DNA of 64,000 nucleotides from Lachnospiraceae bacterium. GTDB lineage: Bacteria > Bacillota > Clostridia > Lachnospirales > Lachnospiraceae. The translations under genes and the position numbers were made by a program. The stretch covers positions 3,248 through 67,247 of the forward strand of contig JAFLTH010000004.1 of NCBI GenBank assembly GCA_022510525.1. Direction: 5' to 3'. A model generated the notes under the pieces. That model saw only the letters and a list, made by a program, of their open reading frames with translations. It was not told the origin of the DNA and did not search any database. Shown here in pieces: positions 58,801-64,000 of this stretch (its first letter is position 1; every line of letters begins with the position of its first letter).

Positions 58801-61108
58801 CATCATTGGGATTTTCATTATTGTTATCACGTACAATAAATTCTATGTCATTAAATTCCAATGCATCCGGATCATCGACAATAAATGTCGCATAAGACTC
58901 TACCATAAACAGTGAAAAGTTTTTAACACCTTTTGCAATAAACTGTTTAGATATCAGAATCGTAGTATCACTGTTATCCGTACCGGTCACGCTGCCTTTT
59001 ATGGTCGCATTTATAAAGAATAGATCAGCGCCCTGCAATACTGTTACGTTGCCTTCTACATTAGAATCAATAAATGTTACTTTGGCATTTCCTGAAATAT
59101 TTATATTTCCGTTGACTTGAGAATCACTAAATATTACTCTGGTTTCCTCATCAGAAGTCCGGCTTGCGGAGTCAACACCACTCTTAATTATCAATTCAAA
59201 ATCTTGACTAATGGAGTCAATATTTGCAGCATCTATACTTATTTCACAGCCTTCATTTGCACTGATTCCTTTAAGCGGCCAATTTTCGGTTCTGGACCAT
59301 ATCAATACGCCCTTAATACCGTCAGGCAGATTAAGCGTATCAGGTTCACTTTCGTCGGTGACTTTTTCATTTACCAGTATCACAACATATTCGGCTTCAT
59401 TATCGTTACCTTCAGATAAATTATCCAGTGAATCAACTTGGTTTAAAATGCCCGCAAACTCACCTGTGATAAGGCCATAATCTTCTCTTACACGCCAAAA
59501 ATCTTCTTCTGCAAGCCATAGGATGGAATATGCTGAATATAATGCTTCATCCAATGCAAGCCTGCCATTCGAATTAAGATAAAGGTCTTGATCTTTCCCT
59601 TCCTTTTCTCTGTTATGGTTATAATAACCTACCTTTTCTGCAATTTCGTTTATCTTTTCATCTATTTCATCCTCAGTTCCCTCTCCCTCAGGAACAAAGT
59701 ATGCCACCTGCGTGCCGGCTTTAAGTTCCTCGGCATCAACTTTCTGCCACCAGTCATTATTACCTTCGTCATCATAGTAGTCACCCAGATAAAATGGGGT
59801 GTCACTATGTTTCCAAAATCTTACGGATATACCTCTGTCATATGTAAATTCACTTCCATCTCCTTCATTCGTATCGGTAACTGTGCCCAGCTCAATAGAC
59901 ATCTTAAATCTGGGAAGCAAAGCAAGATGCTCTTCCCCCGGATATCCGTTATATATGATAGTTCCTTCTGTATCTCCGGAAATCTTATTAAAAGTAATAC
60001 CTTTTACACTTGCATGTTCATTCGCAGCATCTTTTATCAGGAATTTACAATCCCTTGGACCATCCTCTTCATCATCAGGGTTATGGCCAATCAAAGCGTC
60101 AAGCTTGGTCTCTCCTTCATTAATAAAACCATTTAGCATAATGTCGCCATAGACTACTATGGTCTCAGTCACATCGTTTCCGGCATTTTTGCTTCCACAA
60201 CTTACCACACCGTTAACTGTGTTGTCTCCAAGAATTACCCTGCTTTTATTATTTGCCTCAGTGGATGAGAACTCAATTGTAAAATTTCCTTCGTCAGCAT
60301 CAATATACAGACCTTTTTCAAAATATACGTCGGTTTCTGTGCCTTCTATGGTCAGTTTATTGGCAATTACACCAAAATCAATCTCCTTCTCGTCTTCTTC
60401 GCTGTAATAATTTCCGTTTCCGATGATCAGACCTTTTACGGTTGCAGGTACTGTTATTGTTTTATCAGAAACACCGGGATTGGTTTGTGATATATACACA
60501 TACTCCGCAGCTATCGGACTCCCATCAGTTATTTCGCCATTATTTTCCCCTTTTGTCAATTTGGAAAAAAGTGTTTCAAGATCTCCTGCATATTCAAACT
60601 TCTCGTCATATGGAGATTGTCCTCCTTCATAGTCCCATAACAATCCTATATTTTTCCAGATATCAACTAACTCGCCAGCATCCTCAAATACTATACCCTT
60701 CCAATAACCTTCACCTGCATCATACAGTGGCTGGGCCGATTCTGGTTCCTGATCGTCATATGTAACCTGGGCTTCATTATTAGCTCCGCCATCAGTCTCA
60801 TCATTAGCATTATTATCAGCTTCTTCATCAACCATATCATTTGTCATATCACCATCATCTGTATCTGCGACGTTTTTCTCACTATTTTCGACTTCATCAC
60901 CAGCATCCGCTGCCGCTACGTCTGCCTCATCTCCGAGGTTACCTTCTACACCCGGTTCAGCTACATCTACAGCCTCTGCCTCCGTTGCTTCCGCTTCCGG
61001 TTCAGCCGCCTCTGCCATCACAGCCCCGCCACCAAACGGACCGGATGTACAAAGCATTGCCAAAGTCAGAAGAAAAGCCAATGCTCTTTTGAAATATTTG
61101 TTTTTCAT
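55874..61108 (-). CDS. 1744-aa secreted surface protein: three ~390-aa acidic repeats plus Lys-rich C-terminal ~90-aa repeats
   Basis: Signal peptide MKNKYFKRALAFLLTLAML; YNGYP motif at ~59945, ~58755 and ~57592; C-terminal YTG..I.P / DY...Y.NNV.A / V.V.G.G.Y.G repeats. Confidence 0.85.
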   Translation of the reverse strand: MKNKYFKRALAFLLTLAMLCTSGPFGGGAVMAEAAEPEAEATEAEAVDVAEPGVEGNLGDEADVAAADAGDEVENSEKNVADTDDGDMTNDMVDEEADNNANDETDGGANNEAQVTYDDQEPESAQPLYDAGEGYWKGIVFEDAGELVDIWKNIGLLWDYEGGQSPYDEKFEYAGDLETLFSKLTKGENNGEITDGSPIAAEYVYISQTNPGVSDKTITVPATVKGLIIGNGNYYSEEDEKEIDFGVIANKLTIEGTETDVYFEKGLYIDADEGNFTIEFSSTEANNKSRVILGDNTVNGVVSCGSKNAGNDVTETIVVYGDIMLNGFINEGETKLDALIGHNPDDEEDGPRDCKFLIKDAANEHASVKGITFNKISGDTEGTIIYNGYPGEEHLALLPRFKMSIELGTVTDTNEGDGSEFTYDRGISVRFWKHSDTPFYLGDYYDDEGNNDWWQKVDAEELKAGTQVAYFVPEGEGTEDEIDEKINEIAEKVGYYNHNREKEGKDQDLYLNSNGRLALDEALYSAYSILWLAEEDFWRVREDYGLITGEFAGILNQVDSLDNLSEGNDNEAEYVVILVNEKVTDESEPDTLNLPDGIKGVLIWSRTENWPLKGISANEGCEISIDAANIDSISQDFELIIKSGVDSASRTSDEETRVIFSDSQVNGNINISGNAKVTFIDSNVEGNVTVLQGADLFFINATIKGSVTGTDNSDTTILISKQFIAKGVKNFSLFMVESYATFIVDDPDALEFNDIEFIVRDNNNENPNDENEGSYQFYFDIVYNGYPEDEGKLPVFKGEITETVDAALQDEELYCGVNMRFVKSSDSGKNFWENDDWWDDAEDEELEEGTPIAKISGSDKNLIQKIGYHNNKDYGTYYSDGWILIGQVDEGLAYRVLQFNNADDFERAKNDVDTIWEAEENYGIAWFDTDSVDDFLNGDGVNYVVIQAMKKSYELEDKTLTLPANIKGALLVSSGDGEVDTEENGTERLLPWKLNELIIQGKTEVIIDNVTFEPTGQELKLTINNAGDLQEPSDKDTTVEFIHSGVDGDINISGKADVIFINEFWAAGDIKVSDSADLYFQNADINGSVTGADSGDTAISISEKFFANGVKNISQFTVDGHATFIVKEPDKVDKVEFNDIVLNVFAKDAGITEGNEEDKEEYEFYFDLVYNGYPSDKAKLPAFKGNVTERGTLEEGHNYGIGLRFVTYSENFWENGDWWDTVEDVVLNEDVLAATTTLSDETAVMELMKRLWYTSPKQYNTEDDNNKVWFEPESNGAGGYNIVVKYAEGFAPDNKPDEPDESDKPVINSVLFPKKKETYSAVYTGEQICPVMVVAYKYTDEKGKAKTQTLKLNVDYTLRYSNNVDAGVDTASVTVKGIGEYSGNITKNFTITPKSIAKVKLSPVGDIVYTEGEEPNPVVVVTDGTYELVKDVDYEVVLSSKGSPTADTQSVLTVKGKGNYDSGTESKSSVKFNILAPIQGTSDIKPINAESVKVELKIPAKGYTYNGKQQKPKVTVTDGGVKVPASQYKVIYSNNVNACSKDAENAATVRVVGVTKKGKGYYGVTAPVKFDIGKKDFAKVKVASVPNIPLTGKVSDITFTVKDGKHILTEDEEFTVDYGAIKNPDGSIKDGIKTGEKYKITLKAVNGKNYTDDSTKEVTVKFGQLNLGSKTAKMTVTIKDPTQNKVEVVYNGVTLTDGTDYTATVKLDKKKGTYTVTIKAVKKSAYKGTKVFKGVTFTAPETEQ

Positions 61109-61233
61109 TCCTCACCCTCCTAAGATTTTGCTTCCACTAATATTATCAATATAAATAATACTATTTTAATATTATACAAAACATATTTTTACATATCAAT
61201 AATATCTTATTTGGAAACAAAAATAATAAAGAC

Positions 61234-61277
61234 AAAAATACGCCCCCTCATACAATTAATCATAAGAGAGGGCGTAT
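61234..61277 (-). terminator. Terminator after metQ
   Basis: ATACGCCC/GGGCGTAT stem followed by a T run on the minus strand. Confidence 0.65.
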
Positions 61278-61334
61278 AAGATAATTTATATTATTTATAA
61301 CATATGATATTTAATTTTGATCATTCTATACCAA

Positions 61335-62162
61335 TTAGTTAAACGGAATAACGGCTCCATCATATTTACTGTTGATAAAATCTGCAATTGTATCAGACTT
61401 CAGTGCATCAACCAATGCCTTAATACCTTCATTGTTCTCATTACCTTCTTTAACAGCAATTACATTCACATAAGTCTTAGCTGCCTCAGAATCAGAACTT
61501 TCATATGCAACAGAATCCTTAGCTACCGAGAAACCTGCCTCTAATGCATAGTTTCCGTTAAGAACCACAAATGCTACCTCATCTTTTACTCTGGGCACCT
61601 GCGCAGCCTCAAGCTCCTGAATCGTAATATCATTAGGATTTTCTTCAATATCATTAACTGTAGCTTCCAGACCAACTCCGTCTTTCAATGTAATAAGTCC
61701 GTTGTCCTGTAATAAAAGAAGTGCTCTTGCCTCATTAGTGGTATCATTAGGAACAGCGATAACATCACCGGCCTCAATTTCGCTTAAATCACTCTTGGTA
61801 CCCGGATAAATTCCAAATGGCTCATAGTGTATACCGCCTGCATTTACCAGATGTGTACCCTGCTCTTCATTAAATGAATCCAGATAAGGAATATGCTGGA
61901 AATAGTTAGCATCAAACTCATCGCTTTCTACTACAAGGTTAGGCTGTACATAATCGTCAAATACAGTAACATCCAATGTCCAACCCTGCTCAGCCAAAAT
62001 CTTTGCAGCCTCTTCAAGAATCTCTGCATGAGGTGTAGCTGACGCCGCAATTTTAATAGTTCCTTTCTCTTTTGCCGCAGGTGCAGAGTTATTTCCACAT
62101 CCCGTCAACACTCCAAACGCTAACACTGTTGCCAATAAACTTGCAACTACTCTTTTTTTCAT
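61335..62162 (-). CDS. metQ: Methionine ABC transporter lipoprotein (MetQ/NlpA)
   Basis: Lipobox LTGC; PHAEIL, DYVQPN, DANYFQHIPYL, PNDTTNEARAL. Confidence 0.93.
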   Translation of the reverse strand: MKKRVVASLLATVLAFGVLTGCGNNSAPAAKEKGTIKIAASATPHAEILEEAAKILAEQGWTLDVTVFDDYVQPNLVVESDEFDANYFQHIPYLDSFNEEQGTHLVNAGGIHYEPFGIYPGTKSDLSEIEAGDVIAVPNDTTNEARALLLLQDNGLITLKDGVGLEATVNDIEENPNDITIQELEAAQVPRVKDEVAFVVLNGNYALEAGFSVAKDSVAYESSDSEAAKTYVNVIAVKEGNENNEGIKALVDALKSDTIADFINSKYDGAVIPFN

Positions 62163-62281
62163 AATTTTCTCCTCCTCTTCTCTGCAATATTCCGCAGATT
62201 TTTGTTTTCTATATTATAAAGCATATGTTTAAATAACACCTGCTCTTATATAGCATCTTTATCCAAACTTATCCTCCTCTA

Positions 62282-62950
62282 CTATACCTTCCTTCTATCA
62301 AGCTTACTTGCCACCTTCGTTCCGATAGTCTGGAATATCTGAACAAGCAATATCAAAAGCACAACGGTAACGATCATTATCCCTTGTTCATACCTGTAAT
62401 ACCCATAGCGAACCGCTATATCACCAAGTCCACCGCCGCCGACAGTACCGGACATAGCGGAATATCCGAGTATTGTCCCGGTAGCTATAGTTGCGCCTGC
62501 AATCAGTGAAGTCCTGGCTTCCACAAGCAGAACCTTCCAGATGATTGTAAAAGTACCTGCTCCCATACTCTGCGCCGCTTCAATCACTCCCTTGTCCACT
62601 TCATTCAGGGAAGATTCTATCATACGTGCTATAAACGGTGCTGCCGCAATAGTCAATGGCACTATTGTAGCTGTGGAACCGTAGCTTTTTCCTACTATGA
62701 ATCTGGTAAAAGGAATCAGCAGTATTAACAAAATCAAAAACGGTACACTTCTGACTATATTTACAATTACATCAAGTACTTTATATACTATCTTATTCGG
62801 TTTAATTCCGTTTTTATCGGTTATCGCAAGTATGATTCCCATAGGAAGCCCCAGTACATAACCAAAGAATGTAGATGTCAGTGTCATATATAAGGTACCT
62901 TTGACACCATCTAATATCATCAGAATAACTTTACTATCCCATATATCCAT
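62282..62950 (-). CDS. metI: Methionine ABC transporter permease
   Basis: RSVPFLIL, PFIAR, IEAAQSMGA, GGGGLGD.A.RYGY. Confidence 0.94.
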   Translation of the reverse strand: MDIWDSKVILMILDGVKGTLYMTLTSTFFGYVLGLPMGIILAITDKNGIKPNKIVYKVLDVIVNIVRSVPFLILLILLIPFTRFIVGKSYGSTATIVPLTIAAAPFIARMIESSLNEVDKGVIEAAQSMGAGTFTIIWKVLLVEARTSLIAGATIATGTILGYSAMSGTVGGGGLGDIAVRYGYYRYEQGIMIVTVVLLILLVQIFQTIGTKVASKLDRRKV

Positions 62951-63977
62951 ATCCTTCCGCCTCCTCTACCGCAAGACCTCTGTTTTTCAGATAATCTTTC
63001 ATTTTATTTTGCACTTCCTCATCCTCGGGAAGCTGAAGGACCATTTCACCTCTGGCTATTCCCTCAACATTCATGGTATCCGCCTTAAGAATATTTACAG
63101 GCTGTCCAAACTCAAGCACCATATTGGCAATAACGGGCTCAAACGAAGAATTTACCGAAAAAACTATACGTATACAGCTTTTGGTCTTCATAAGGTCTGT
63201 CTGGTGTTCTTTAGGGTTCGATGCGGCATCATCACGACCTTTGACAATAAGCTCCCTGGCTGCCTGTGTCTTCGGATGACTGAATATTTCAAAAACCCTG
63301 CCATGTTCAACCATATGTCCATTGCTTATGATTGCCACATGTGAGCAGATTTCCCTTACAACCGCCATCTCATGTGTAATAATAACAATTGTTATTCTAT
63401 ATTTTTCATTTATTTCTTTTAAAAGTGCAAGTATCGACTGAGTAGTCTGCGGGTCCAATGCACTGGTTGCTTCATCGCATAAAAGAATCTTGGGGTTTCC
63501 TGCAAGCGCTCTGGCAATCGCCACACGCTGCTTCTGTCCGCCGGACAACTGTGCGGGATAAGCCTTTGCTTTATCAGACAAACCTACTATTTCGAGAAGT
63601 TCCTTTGCCCGCTTTCTGGCATCTTTCTTTTTTACTCCTGATATTACCAAAGGAAAACATATGTTATCTAATACATTCTTCTGCATCAGAAGATTGAAAT
63701 GCTGGAATATCATTGCAATTTCGCTTCTCTGTTTACGCAGTTCCTTTTCCGACATCTTACTTAAGTCTTTACCTTCGATTTCTACGGTACCCTCAGTCGG
63801 GCGCTCCAGAAAATTCAAACATCGAACCAGCGTACTTTTACCGGCTCCGGACATTCCTATGATTCCGTAAATATCTCCTGCATCTATTGATAAGTTGATG
63901 TCCTGCAGTGCCTCAACCTCGGCATCCTTGGTTGTAAATACCTTGGTAAGGCTTTTAACTTCAATTATTCCAGCCAT
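62934..63977 (-). CDS. metN: Methionine ABC transporter ATPase
   Basis: GMSGAGKST, FQHFNL, LSGGQKQR, CDEATSALDP; C-terminal NIL-type domain. Confidence 0.95.
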   Translation of the reverse strand: MAGIIEVKSLTKVFTTKDAEVEALQDINLSIDAGDIYGIIGMSGAGKSTLVRCLNFLERPTEGTVEIEGKDLSKMSEKELRKQRSEIAMIFQHFNLLMQKNVLDNICFPLVISGVKKKDARKRAKELLEIVGLSDKAKAYPAQLSGGQKQRVAIARALAGNPKILLCDEATSALDPQTTQSILALLKEINEKYRITIVIITHEMAVVREICSHVAIISNGHMVEHGRVFEIFSHPKTQAARELIVKGRDDAASNPKEHQTDLMKTKSCIRIVFSVNSSFEPVIANMVLEFGQPVNILKADTMNVEGIARGEMVLQLPEDEEVQNKMKDYLKNRGLAVEEAEGYGYMG

Positions 63978-64000
63978 ATTTTTATCCTTTCTCCCTATTC

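Noticed and set aside
63978-64000. SAM riboswitch or T-box upstream of metN
   Set aside because: The leader lies beyond the window edge and cannot be assessed

Overview
64-kb chromosomal window from a spore-forming, low-GC Firmicute; gene content and style suggest Lachnospiraceae (inference). Almost all genes are on the minus strand. The housekeeping backbone is clpC (runs off the left edge), purE-M-N-D, pyrF and pyrE, tig-clpP-clpX-engB, ytvI, an alpha/beta SASP, malQ, glnS, addB-addA and metN-I-Q. Embedded in it are: (1) a 10.5-kb chemosensory/phosphorelay cluster (REC-HD-GYP, PAS-like kinase with a His-less Hpt-like tail, degenerate REC-HD-GYP, cheR, cheB, single-domain REC, cheA, cheW, an MCP with no ligand-binding domain, Hpt) that may output to cyclic-dinucleotide turnover rather than a motor; (2) a BlaI/BlaR1(M56)-type pair with two clear operators but no penicillin-binding sensor domain or adjacent beta-lactamase, on the opposite strand between pyrF and pyrE; (3) an AT-rich DUF4238-like gene, a candidate anti-phage gene; (4) a 1744-aa secreted protein with three ~390-aa repeats; (5) structured intergenic elements: a SASP leader with alternative folds, a 30-bp inverted repeat next to direct repeats, and an out-of-frame uORF holding the only strong RBS of glnS. 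No rRNA, tRNA, CRISPR array, integrase or transposase was recognised. All family calls come from motif recognition by eye; no database search was run.
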